Assembly: GCA_963730185.1 (NCBI GenBank)
Contig: CAVSQW010000005.1
Location: 1 to 64,000 of the forward strand
Origin: an uncultured Gemmatimonadales bacterium
Lineage (GTDB): Bacteria; Gemmatimonadota; Gemmatimonadetes; Gemmatimonadales; GWC2-71-9
Length of the DNA: 64,000 bases
Reading direction: 5' to 3'
Of this stretch, positions 19,301 through 26,914 are shown piece by piece. Under the pieces are notes generated by a model. It saw only the letters and a list, made by a program, of their open reading frames with translations. It had not been told where the DNA came from and did no database searches. Position 1 is the first letter of the stretch, and every line of letters starts with the position of its first letter. The translations under genes were made by a program, and so were the position numbers.

Positions 19301-19381
19301 TACTACAATACCCAATCCCCCGGTTTTGGCTCGTCATTCTCGACCCTCATCGACACCGTTATTAAGGTTGAGACACGATAG
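16370..19381 (+). CDS. Multidomain tailspike/receptor-binding protein (cadherin/Ig-like, beta-helix, Fn3, Big_5-like)
   Basis: AGGAG SD; MPGLGLGLGLG start; Thr/Gly-rich; 'HGDVLQ' beta-helix motif; 'GSGTSFTTELAVG' repeat; Fn3 'VVTW...YTFRITGKN'; Ig 'PTLVSSSPTDGATG..IALTFSE..DDLAGN'. Confidence 0.75.
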   Translation: MPGLGLGLGLGRGRGHGSGPSGSTLIMAATASININVATTRTYQEFGAVLTPATAVETTTASGATPIVYTMTGNTDGFAIDADTGQIDYISDVLLLNMAAYNNLGTSFTFTKTATVGPQVKNCTVTVTLDTSDFQSAATPGGTKTWQIPGIDFPAGRTSVNALLDPIVDGLPTGWQIDPTYTFIIKPTTNSPATLEDYDLSAFIIEDGGYTGLHITQCLYDIDGLDPANVAQIPSIFKFTGSGQLMDYCSVHMRGFSNYWGKTCINGGGFTLDHCVIIEAPADVIDINAGTVTNCFLNCVTTAIYDDTSWGTYVTTPYSWNHGDVLQAFGVSSTAILATGNWMDGRVYGTQYHRYTRTNLTGTITAANSDTGIVGSGTSFTTELAVGQWISWLNDGANNLSHGYITAIADDTNLTIAYGGTAQAAVGASFFIDPYPASGVTSAFFLQGNDITGKVLDATMTGTGNILLGGGYVTSVGATVTDLSDTWTANGTDTVTADTSGGNATSALSANNEIILYGVGPTIYTVSSVTDDNTIVFTGTVPAGSGLTLRKLPAIALITIEDNLLHPGLSASGLGWHPTFATKPVRFVNNVKLTDPTTLASANINATPPTPAPTVSEVTESYAVVTWTADSDVTQYFADYSTDGGSNWSSAVATDSSAQHQFTGLDVVANAYTFRITGKNALSEDGVTYLQAGTGGTVAQATVTNVNPTLVSSSPTDGATGINNDATTIALTFSEEIAAGTGNVVVYDDTGAAAFETFNIATGAGDNSGTIAISGKVATITLGASMAYSNAYSIQIDATAVDDLAGNSYAGIADHTTLNWTTGAAPVAVLNVTPTGNGSSTINKATRVVFPTDFDIGPLGEVRITIESASSSNPFHLALNNTSIGKHGGTYADMAAAPVEIAWIDDPVNGVNVSGSHVTVDNNLVQATSAWVALGDTFVAGEKLVINFDWDGTNSYSIRSGSLSSAYVLWIFASGTAYYNTQSPGFGSSFSTLIDTVIKVETR

Positions 19382-19551
19382 AAATCCCGCATGAGCGGGT
19401 AACGGCCCGGTGCGTGTGCGACTTCTGCCCGCGATTGACCTTAAGTCGCATCGTTCAAGTAATCTGATTTCCGCATCAAGCGGATAGGTGTGCCGGCGCG
19501 CCTCACACCGGTTGATTTCCACATGAAAGGTGATTGCTCAACTCACGCAAT
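19382..19551. ncRNA. Candidate structured element: three imperfect repeats alternating with hairpins
   Basis: Repeats AAATCCCGCATGA (19382), TGATTTCCGCATCAA (19465) and TGATTTCCACATGAA (19513); hairpins 19386-19399, 19417-19450, 19470-19484, 19487-19509 and 19533-19551. Confidence 0.3.
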
Positions 19552-19663
19552 GCCCCGAGGCCCTGCCATCACTCAGCCGATGGTGGGGCCTTTTGCGTTT
19601 CGAGGGCGGCGTTTTCCAGCCCTTGCGGCGGCTGAGGCGGATGCGAACGGGGCGGGTGGTCAT
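19538..19663 (-). pseudogene. Truncated DUF4326-like gene remnant
   Basis: GGAGG SD then MTTRPVRIRLSRRKGWKTPP, matching the usual DUF4326 N-terminal extension; it runs into the terminator without the WGNPF core. Confidence 0.5.
19559..19594 (+). terminator. Intrinsic terminator of the late operon
   Basis: GGCCCTGCCATC-actcagcc-GATGGTGGGGCC followed by TTTT, between convergent arms. Confidence 0.75.
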
Positions 19664-19667
19664 CGCG

Positions 19668-20069
19668 TCAGCCCTCCAGTAGCGGCGCCGGGGCCGCAAT
19701 CTTGCCGATCCCGGCGGTTTTCCAGTCGGGAACGGGCGCTCGATGTCGCGCGGCCACCAGCGCCGGCGCAGCCCGCGAAATCCCGGTCACCGGCTCGTCG
19801 ATGGTGATAGCGACCGCGCCGCCTTGCCGGCAGATGCAGACAGGCCGCCCGTCTGTGCTGTATTTGACCCGCGTCACCGCCGCCCAGCCGCGCAGGCGGC
19901 CATGCGCGACGACATAGAAGCGCTCGCCGGGGCGGATTTCGCGGGCCAGCCCATGGTGAGTATACCAGCCCCATTCCTCGCCGCTCGATGGCGCACCGGC
20001 CGCATCGCCCTCGGCGATCCATTCCAGCCAGAAATCCTTGGGGCAAGTGCCGACCAGATCGGTCATCAT
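19668..20069 (-). CDS. PUA/ASCH-like hypothetical protein (two compensating indels near 19730-19785)
   Basis: AGGAG SD; 'PGERFYVVAHGRLRGWA' and corrected 'GFRGLRRRWW' motifs. Confidence 0.55.
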   Translation of the reverse strand: MMTDLVGTCPKDFWLEWIAEGDAAGAPSSGEEWGWYTHHGLAREIRPGERFYVVAHGRLRGWAAVTRVKYSTDGRPVCICRQGGAVAITIDEPVTGISRAAPALVAARHRAPVPDWKTAGIGKIAAPAPLLEG

Positions 20070-20070
20070 C

Positions 20071-20465
20071 TCACTCTCCTTGCCTACGGGTTACAGTCCC
20101 GTCAAAACCTTTCTTCCAGCCTGACGCCTTCGTGCCGGGCATGGGGCGGCCCTTGGTGGGCTTTTTTATTCCGGCATGGCGTTTGGCCAGGCTATCGACC
20201 TTCGCGCGCTCATGGGCCTCCCTAGCCGTTTTGAGGCGGTGTGCTGAACGTAGTACCGGCCAAGGTTGCTTTCCGCATGAAGCCCGCCGTCACGGAGCGG
20301 CTTCTTGTGATCGCAATCCCACTCATCGCCGGGACGGATTTTCTGCCCCGTCAGTTGGCAGACGCCATCGTATCGCTGGAATATCCTAAGCCTCACGCGC
20401 GCCGGTATCTTGGCGTCAGGCGACGATCCTTGCCATTCCTTCGTGGTGCGGGCGGTGGTGGTCAT
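20071..20465 (-). CDS. HNH endonuclease, indel near 20265
   Basis: 'CQLTG.KI....WDCDHKKPLRDGGLHAESNL' and C-terminal 'MPGTKASGWKKGFDG'. Confidence 0.8.
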
Positions 20466-20903
20466 TGTACGATTGACTGAAATTTCGAACTTCCGTCCGT
20501 CAGAATGACGCGATCAACTGTCGCGCTTCGATCATCGGCGCAGCCTTTCAGCTCTGTCCGCCATGCGAACAATCCGGTAGCCCATTGCAGGCATCCTGGA
20601 CTTCACAAACGATCTTGCACGTCATGCCATCGCTACTTTCGCGCTTGATAGCCAAGCCATGCGCTCATATGCCAGCGCTGGCGGCATGGCGTAATGCCAG
20701 CGACAATGTTGCACGTTCATCCGCTTGCAAGGGCAATTCGATCGACAGCGATCGCGGGATCATGTGTTGCATACCAATCGTCCGCCGTCACGACCATGAC
20801 ATCGGCTACCTTCGCGCATCAGAGGTATGAGCTCTGTCCAGCGATCCAAAACCGAAACGGCTCGATCGATGGCCTCAATCGTGCCATGGTTCCATATCGT
20901 CGC

Positions 20904-21431
20904 TCATGCCACTTCCCTTTCCTTCATGCGCCGATCAAACTCGGCTGTGCAGTCTGTCCCGATAATTCCCGATATGTCGTTCAGTATCGCGTCTTTGATG
21001 CGCTGGAACGTCTCCTTGTCCATGCTCTTGCGGCTCATGGATTTGGCCCGCCAGATCGTGATGACGGTATCCGCAAAGTCGATCAGCGCGTATTCATCCA
21101 TCGCCTGCATAATTCCCATGGCTCGGATAGCGTCAGGCCGGGACCGGCAGACGATTTGCTGCTCGGTACACCAGCCAGCGCGGATAAGCAGGCTCTTGCG
21201 GAAATGTTCCGGCGACAAGATTGTTGACGCATAGGGTTCCGGCAGCGAGCACCATGCATCCTTGATGACCGCGAACAGGTGGCGGTGAGACTTCGGCGAC
21301 CTGTCCTCGACCTCAGCCAGAAAATGGATGCTGTCCAGTTCATAGGCAGCATCGCAAATCTCGGCAACCCGATGATTGGCCGGAAGCCATTTGCCTTGAC
21401 CTGCGTATCTGTGGCCGGTGGTGGTCATCAA
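20904..21431 (-). CDS. NinB/DUF1367-like recombination accessory protein
   Basis: 'RS.KSHRHLFA', 'EHFRKSLLIRAG' and 'KSMS..SMD.ETF' motifs; next to ERF. Confidence 0.65.
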   Translation of the reverse strand: MMTTTGHRYAGQGKWLPANHRVAEICDAAYELDSIHFLAEVEDRSPKSHRHLFAVIKDAWCSLPEPYASTILSPEHFRKSLLIRAGWCTEQQIVCRSRPDAIRAMGIMQAMDEYALIDFADTVITIWRAKSMSRKSMDKETFQRIKDAILNDISGIIGTDCTAEFDRRMKEREVA

Positions 21432-22258
21432 TCCCTCAAAGCCTCCAAGTCAGACTTGTCGATCCGTCCGGCTTCTGCGGCAGGATCAATCTCAATTTCC
21501 CAAATCTCGGCCTTGCCTTCCTCATCGGCCATGGCAAGCCGTTCGGCCCAATCCACCAGCATTTCAGGCGTGACGGGCTCGACGGCCGCTGGTTTGGCTT
21601 CAGCCATATCCACAACCTCGATTGAATTTAGTGCCTTGGTATATTCGGTTCGCAGGCTCTTGCGAAAATCATCAGGCAGTTCGGCAATCTTTGCTCGCTC
21701 TGCAACTGCCCAATCAACAAGCGCTTGCCTGTCATTGGTGGCAGCGATTTCCGTTATCTTGGCGGAAAGCTCGCTGTAGACTGGACGGGCGTCCTTCTTG
21801 GACAGCGTTACATCGCTGTGGTCCTGAAGGTCGGCTTCACCTTCCATGTCGCCGCTAGATGCCAGGAACCGGGTTTTCATCCACTCCTTCACAACGTAGC
21901 TGGATGCCGCGCCCGTGGTCTGTGCGCCAACATACGGCAGGACGATAGTGCGCCGTTCCGGTGATGTCGCTTGACCGCTAACGTGTTGAAGTATAATATC
22001 AAAAGTGACCTTGGCACAACTGGAAGTTCGTTCTTTTCCAGACTTGTCGGTGCTAACCACGTCGAGCATATCGAATGACACTTCCGACACGTCAGGCGTC
22101 AATCCGTTCTTTGCCATGAGCGGGCGGATATGCTCTTTGAAATCGTCAACAGACGTGAAGTTGTAGCGTGCGAAGGCGTTTTCATCGGCCTTCTTGAGCC
22201 GACGCACTTCCTTCATAACTGCCACAATGGCTGTGTTTATCTCGTTACGGTCGGTCAT
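21428..22258 (-). CDS. erf: ERF-family single-strand annealing protein
   Basis: 'VMKEVRRLKKADENAFARYNFTSVDDF...RPLMAKNGL' and 'QTTGAASSYVVK' ERF core. Confidence 0.8.
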   Translation of the reverse strand: MTDRNEINTAIVAVMKEVRRLKKADENAFARYNFTSVDDFKEHIRPLMAKNGLTPDVSEVSFDMLDVVSTDKSGKERTSSCAKVTFDIILQHVSGQATSPERRTIVLPYVGAQTTGAASSYVVKEWMKTRFLASSGDMEGEADLQDHSDVTLSKKDARPVYSELSAKITEIAATNDRQALVDWAVAERAKIAELPDDFRKSLRTEYTKALNSIEVVDMAEAKPAAVEPVTPEMLVDWAERLAMADEEGKAEIWEIEIDPAAEAGRIDKSDLEALRD

Positions 22259-22521
22259 TTCGCCGCCTCCCCAATGACCCGCTTGAACGTGCCTTCGGTG
22301 CGCCGCCGTTGCGCTTCCTTAAAAGTCGCCTCATGCTCGGCCAAGACTTCATCAATCCAGCCACGCAACCGGCGCAGGCTGCTATCGCCAAGATAAATGG
22401 ATGCATCGAAGCCGCAGCCAGACAGGCTAAGATCGACATACGATCCGCTATCGCTCATCCTGAATGACGGCTGGTTGTCCTCATAGTCAGCGGACCAGAA
22501 AAGTGGTTTGATGGTGTTCAT
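22255..22521 (-). CDS. Phage hypothetical protein
   Basis: AGGAG SD, ATGA overlaps on both sides. Confidence 0.65.
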   Translation of the reverse strand: MNTIKPLFWSADYEDNQPSFRMSDSGSYVDLSLSGCGFDASIYLGDSSLRRLRGWIDEVLAEHEATFKEAQRRRTEGTFKRVIGEAAK

Positions 22522-22710
22522 GGCTTTTGCTCCTTTGGTATTTTGGCAAGATATCTTTGGATTTCACGCGCGTCTCTTGTCGAAAGCGGCTTGTGAACGA
22601 GCGGCGTTGAATGGCCAGAGAATTTTGGCCCAGCAAGTCGGTATCCGCTGGTTTCATCTTCAATGCTCAATTGCAGGGCATCCGTCAGGTCGTCTCGGTA
22701 AATGATCAAC
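22518..22710 (-). CDS. Phage hypothetical protein, 5' end cut by the chimeric junction
   Basis: 'LQLSIEDETSGYRLAGPKFSG' ORF whose upstream end runs into adapter sequence. Confidence 0.55.
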
Positions 22711-22755
22711 AGCAATACGTAGCCCGCTGCGGCGCCGACGAATTACCGTATTGCT
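22711..22755. other. Oxford Nanopore ligation-adapter remnants (chimeric junction, artefact)
   Basis: AGCAATACGTA (22711-22721) is the reverse complement of the adapter end TACGTATTGCT; TTACCGTATTGCT (22743-22755) is the adapter end TTACGTATTGCT with one extra C. Confidence 0.88.
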
Positions 22756-22793
22756 AGGCCGGCAAGCAGAGGGCGCATGGGAAGTCTCGAAGG

Positions 22794-24170
22794 TCAGTCG
22801 AGGGCGAAGATCTTGCCCGGGTTGAACAGGTTGGCGGGGTCCAAGGCTCGTTTGATCGCCCGCATGGCCGGAATCGCGTCGCCGTGCTCCATCTCGAGCG
22901 ACCCCATCTTGCCGACCCCGATGCCGTGCTCGCCGGTGCAGGTACCTCCCATCCGGAGGGCCCGCTCGACCAAGCGCTCGTTGAGGCTTCGAGCCTCGGC
23001 GACCTGCTCCGGACGGGCCGGATCGATCACGTACGCACAGTGGAAGTTGCCGTCGCCGACGTGGCCCAGGATCGGTCCCGCGATCGAGGAGGCGGCGTTG
23101 TCGGCCTGGGTCTCCTGGATGCACTCCGCCAGGCGGGAGATCGGGACACACACGTCGGTCGGCCAGATCGTGCAGCCCGGATGCATCGCGATCGCGGCAT
23201 AAACCGCCTCGTGTCGGGCTCGCCAGAGCCGCTGCCGCTCCTCGAGGTTCGTCGTCCACCGAAAATCGCGACCGCCGTGCCCCTGCGCCACCTCGCGGAC
23301 CAGCTCCGCCTGCTCCGACACCGACGCCTCGCTGGTTCCGTGGAACTCGAAGAATACGTGGGGCGCTACCGGCAGGCCGAGATCGGCGTAGGCGTTGAGG
23401 GCCTCGATCGACCACTCGTCCACCAGCTCGGCCCGGGCCACCGGAACTCCCAACTGGATGACCTCGATCACCGTGTTGACCGCGCCCTCCAGCGACTCGA
23501 AGGCCGAGGCAGCAGCCGAAACCGCGTCGGGCACGCCCTGGAGTCGGAGAGTCACCTCGGTGACGATCCCGAGGGTCCCTTCCGAGCCGATGAACAACCG
23601 GGTCAGATCGTACCCCGCCGACGACTTGCGCGCCCGCCCGCCGGTCCGCACTACGGAGCCGTCGGCCAGGACCACGGTGAGCCCCAGCACGTTCTCGCGG
23701 ATGGTGCCATAGCGAACCGCGGTGGTGCCGGACGCGCCCGTGGCCACCATCCCACCGATCGTCGCGTCGGCGCCGGGGTCGAGGAAGAAGGTGAGGCCGG
23801 TCTGCTTGAGTTGCTCCGTGAGCCCGCTTCGGGTCAGCCCGGCTTCGACGGTGACGTCCTGGTCTTCCACCGAGAGGCGGAGGACCCGATTCATCCGGGT
23901 CAGGTCGACCGAGAGCCCCCCGTGAGTCGCGTTGACGTGGCCCTCCAGCGAGGTCCCGGCGCCGAACGGCACGATCGGCACCCGCGCCGCGGCAGCGGCT
24001 CGCACGATTGCCACCACCTCGTCGGTGCTCTCGGGATAGGCCACCAGGTCCGGGAGGCTCGGCTGATAGTAGAGCTCCCCGTGGCTGTGGTGCTCACGCA
24101 CGGCTTCACTGCTGGACAGCCGCTCGCCGAGCAGCGGGCCGAGCGCGGCCTCGACGGCGGCCACGCTCAC
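22794..24170 (-). CDS. FAD-linked oxidase, D-lactate dehydrogenase/GlcD family
   Basis: 'PFGAGTSLEG', 'SEGTLG', 'HVGDGNFH', 'GEHGIG' and 'NPGK'. Confidence 0.93.
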   Translation of the reverse strand: MSVAAVEAALGPLLGERLSSSEAVREHHSHGELYYQPSLPDLVAYPESTDEVVAIVRAAAAARVPIVPFGAGTSLEGHVNATHGGLSVDLTRMNRVLRLSVEDQDVTVEAGLTRSGLTEQLKQTGLTFFLDPGADATIGGMVATGASGTTAVRYGTIRENVLGLTVVLADGSVVRTGGRARKSSAGYDLTRLFIGSEGTLGIVTEVTLRLQGVPDAVSAAASAFESLEGAVNTVIEVIQLGVPVARAELVDEWSIEALNAYADLGLPVAPHVFFEFHGTSEASVSEQAELVREVAQGHGGRDFRWTTNLEERQRLWRARHEAVYAAIAMHPGCTIWPTDVCVPISRLAECIQETQADNAASSIAGPILGHVGDGNFHCAYVIDPARPEQVAEARSLNERLVERALRMGGTCTGEHGIGVGKMGSLEMEHGDAIPAMRAIKRALDPANLFNPGKIFALD

Positions 24171-26044
24171 GGGGATACCACCGAGACGTCGATCCGGCTC
24201 GGCGCGCGGGCGGTGCGGTAGACCCGCTGCTCCGCCTTGATGTAGTCGGCGTCCTTGGCCTCGAAGATGTTGGGCACGTACTTCTGCGGGTTCCGGTCGA
24301 TCAGGGGGAACCAGGTGCTCTGGACCTGCACCATGATCCGGTGGCCCCGCTTGAAGGTGTAATCGGCCGAGTGGAGGTCGATGGTGATCGGGGTGACCTG
24401 ATGCGGGACCATCGGCTCCGGGTGCTCGAAGCTCTTCCGGAACCGGCTCCGAAACACGTCGTTGGCCACCATCAGCTGATAGCCGCCCAGCTTCGGATCG
24501 GGCTCGTAGTGATCCGGATAGACGTCGATCAGCTTGACGATCCAGTCGGCGTCGGTACCGGTGGTCGACACGAACAACCGAGCCGCGACCTTGCCCGAGA
24601 TGGTCAGATCCGCGTCGAGCGGGCCGGTCTCGTAGCTCAGCACGTCGGGCCGGAGGTGCGAAAGGCGCTGGTCGTCCACGAGCCAGATTGGCCAGGTCGA
24701 CCGCACCGGACCGCCATAGAGCGGGTAGATCGGCCGCTCACGGTAGGGAACCGGGTGAGCGGGGTCGGACACGTAGCCGTCGAATCCGCTGGCCGCGGCG
24801 GGCCGCTCCCAGCCCAGCCGCCCGGCCGGCTCGAAGTAGAGGCTCCGTGCCGTCACGCCGGTCTTGGGCGGCCAGGCGTCGTGCCGCTCCCACTCGTTCG
24901 TTCCCGGCCGGAAGGTCAGGGCCTCGGGTAGATCGAGCGTGCCCTGGTCCTTGAGCCAGTAGGCGAACCAAGGCGCCTCCACACTCTGGCGGAAGTACTC
25001 CGAGGTGTTCGAGCCGAACTGGATCGGACCGAGGCTCGACCCCGTGCCGCCGGCCCAGCCGCCGTGATTCCAGGGACCCACCACGAGGTAGTTGAGCCCC
25101 TTGGTGTCGTTCTTCTCCATCGCCTCGTAGATGGTCTGCGGCCCGTAGAAGTCCTCCTGGTCCCACCAGCCGGCCACCGTGAGGGTTGGGACCGTGACCG
25201 GCTTGTGGGCAAACACCGGACTCACCTTCCGGCGCTGCCAGAACTCGTCGAAGTTCGGATGGGTCGCGAAGTCGGTCCAGGTCGGGCGCTGCCCATGAAA
25301 ATACTCGGCGTTGGCGTTGGCCAGACCGCCGAGGTTGAGGAACCACTCGTAGGTGTCGAGGCGGTCGAACTCGAACGGCTTGCTGATCCGGCCGGCTTCG
25401 AGCGACGCCACGTACTCGAAGCCGTAGCTCAGCCGGAAAGCCCCATTGTGGTGGAAGTCGTCACCCTGATACATGTCGTCCGGCGAGGCCTGCGGCGAGG
25501 TGGCCCTGAGGGCGGGGTGCGGGTCCGCCAGCGCCATCATGGTCAGCCAGCCACCGTACGAGATCCCCACCATCCCGACTCGGCCGTTGTTGTTGGGCAC
25601 GTGCGCGAGCACCCACTCGATCGTGTCGTAGGTGTCGGTGGTCTCGTCCACCTTCTCGCCGTACTTGGCCGAGCGGGGCGGACGGATCATCATGAACTCG
25701 CCCTCGGACCCATACTTCCCGCGAATGTCCTGAAACACGAAGATGTACTTCGCGTCGGCCAGGAGCTGGTAACGGTTCGCGAGCCGGGGACCGATGTTCT
25801 TCGCGTTGTACGGCGTCCGCTCCATGATGATCGGGAGCGGTCCCGATTGCTCGGTCGGAGTGAAGATCTCAGTGTAGAGCTTCACCCCGTCGCGCATGGT
25901 GATCATCGCGGTCTCCTGCCGGTAGTCGGACCGGAGCTCCTGGGCTCGGCCGGCGACGGGAAGGAGCAGGAGGAGGAAGGCCAGGGTCGTCCCTCGGCCC
26001 CTGGCGATTGCATACCAAAGTGTGTCCAGAATCATGGAGTCCAA
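24167..26044 (-). CDS. CocE/NonD family serine hydrolase (alpha-amino acid ester hydrolase-like), exported; exact start uncertain
   Basis: 'MRDGVKL', 'RTPY', 'GISYGG' nucleophile, 'GWWDQED' and 'GPWNHG'; signal peptide. Confidence 0.93.
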   Translation of the reverse strand: MDSMILDTLWYAIARGRGTTLAFLLLLLPVAGRAQELRSDYRQETAMITMRDGVKLYTEIFTPTEQSGPLPIIMERTPYNAKNIGPRLANRYQLLADAKYIFVFQDIRGKYGSEGEFMMIRPPRSAKYGEKVDETTDTYDTIEWVLAHVPNNNGRVGMVGISYGGWLTMMALADPHPALRATSPQASPDDMYQGDDFHHNGAFRLSYGFEYVASLEAGRISKPFEFDRLDTYEWFLNLGGLANANAEYFHGQRPTWTDFATHPNFDEFWQRRKVSPVFAHKPVTVPTLTVAGWWDQEDFYGPQTIYEAMEKNDTKGLNYLVVGPWNHGGWAGGTGSSLGPIQFGSNTSEYFRQSVEAPWFAYWLKDQGTLDLPEALTFRPGTNEWERHDAWPPKTGVTARSLYFEPAGRLGWERPAAASGFDGYVSDPAHPVPYRERPIYPLYGGPVRSTWPIWLVDDQRLSHLRPDVLSYETGPLDADLTISGKVAARLFVSTTGTDADWIVKLIDVYPDHYEPDPKLGGYQLMVANDVFRSRFRKSFEHPEPMVPHQVTPITIDLHSADYTFKRGHRIMVQVQSTWFPLIDRNPQKYVPNIFEAKDADYIKAEQRVYRTARAPSRIDVSVVSP

Positions 26045-26134
26045 ACCCGCAATGGAAAAGGAGATAGAGAGAATCTCCGCCCTGGCGGACCGTTTGGCAA
26101 GCGCCGGCCGCCTGAGCCGGCGCCTACCTCAGGC

Positions 26135-26914
26135 TCAGAATTCCTCCCGCTCGAACCGCCACATGGCCAGCACCACGAAGGTGACCGCCAGCACGGCGCA
26201 CGAGAGGGCGGCGACCCAGAGCCGGACCGGCACCGGCCGCCAGAGGGCGATGTTGGCCGCGGCCTGGGTGAAGGTCCAGGGCATCAGGCCGACGACCCAA
26301 GCGGGCACGAGGTTGGGGAGGATGTTGCCCGAGATCCAGAAGCCGAGCGACACGCCGGCGACCGCGCCCCGGGACTGGAGCAGGGTCCCGAACAACAGGG
26401 TGAGCGCCACGTAGAAGACCTGATGCAGGGCCAGGAGCCCGGCGGCCTCGAGGAAGTGGATCGTTTCCGGCAGCCGACCCCAGAGGATCTGGAGCTGGAC
26501 CAGCAGGACGGCGCAGGGCACGACCAGAGAGAGCAGCAGGAACGAGATGCTGATGGCCACGAGCTTGGAGAGCACCATCGCCTTCCGAGTGGTCGGCTTG
26601 GTGAGCACCCAGGCGGCCGTCCCACTCCGCCGTTCCCCGACGATCGTGCCCTGGGTCACCAGGACGGCGCCGATCAGCGCGAAGAAGCCGCCGGCCTGGA
26701 AGAAGACCTGCATCGTCTCCCGGAGGCCGCCCTCGGGCGTCATGTTGTGTCGGCCGTCGAGCCAGATCAGCACCACGAACCCATTGATCACCACCAGCCA
26801 GAGCAGGAGATGGACGAGCCAGCGCTTGGTGCGCCACCACGATCCCATCTCCTTGCTGAGCAGGTTGCGGAAGCCCGCGAAGGCGCCGGCTGAACGGACA
26901 GGAGTCAGGGTCAT
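26135..26914 (-). CDS. ABC-2 type permease
   Basis: Six TM segments, 'GERRSGTAAWVLTKP'; ATGA overlap with the ATPase. Confidence 0.88.
   Translation of the reverse strand: MTLTPVRSAGAFAGFRNLLSKEMGSWWRTKRWLVHLLLWLVVINGFVVLIWLDGRHNMTPEGGLRETMQVFFQAGGFFALIGAVLVTQGTIVGERRSGTAAWVLTKPTTRKAMVLSKLVAISISFLLLSLVVPCAVLLVQLQILWGRLPETIHFLEAAGLLALHQVFYVALTLLFGTLLQSRGAVAGVSLGFWISGNILPNLVPAWVVGLMPWTFTQAAANIALWRPVPVRLWVAALSCAVLAVTFVVLAMWRFEREEF

Larger units (their letters stand above)
1..22710. mobile_element. Podovirus (BPP-1/epsilon15/T7-like virion module) genome segment; no integrase or att site seen, and chimerically joined to the bacterial DNA on the right
   Basis: Gene order decoration - tail tube A - tail tube B - GNAT-like gp13 - ejection proteins - lysis - tailspike on +, with convergent HNH/NinB/ERF genes on -; visibly lower GC than 22756-64000. 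Confidence 0.93.

Noticed and set aside
19382..19551. CRISPR mini-array
   Set aside because: The repeats are short (13-15 nt), degenerate and unevenly spaced (about 84 and 48 nt), with no cas genes. Kept only as a candidate structured element.
16370..19660. Diversity-generating retroelement, as in BPP-1
   Set aside because: No reverse transcriptase, no Avd and no TR/VR repeat pair matching the tailspike 3' end are visible in the window.
20462..20907. One or two small minus-strand phage genes between HNH and the NinB-like gene
   Set aside because: Probably real, but too disrupted by indels to give reliable coordinates or products.
799..20910. Programmed frameshifting or mass pseudogenisation of phage genes
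   Set aside because: The breaks are scattered single-base indels, often at short homopolymers and sometimes compensating, in essential genes on the probably low-coverage arm. Sequencing error is the simpler explanation.
22700..22800. Prophage attachment site or integrated phage of the Gemmatimonadota-like host
   Set aside because: No integrase, tRNA or direct repeat. The inverted repeat AGCAATACG/CGTATTGCT matches Nanopore adapter ends, so it is neither a biological hairpin nor an att core.
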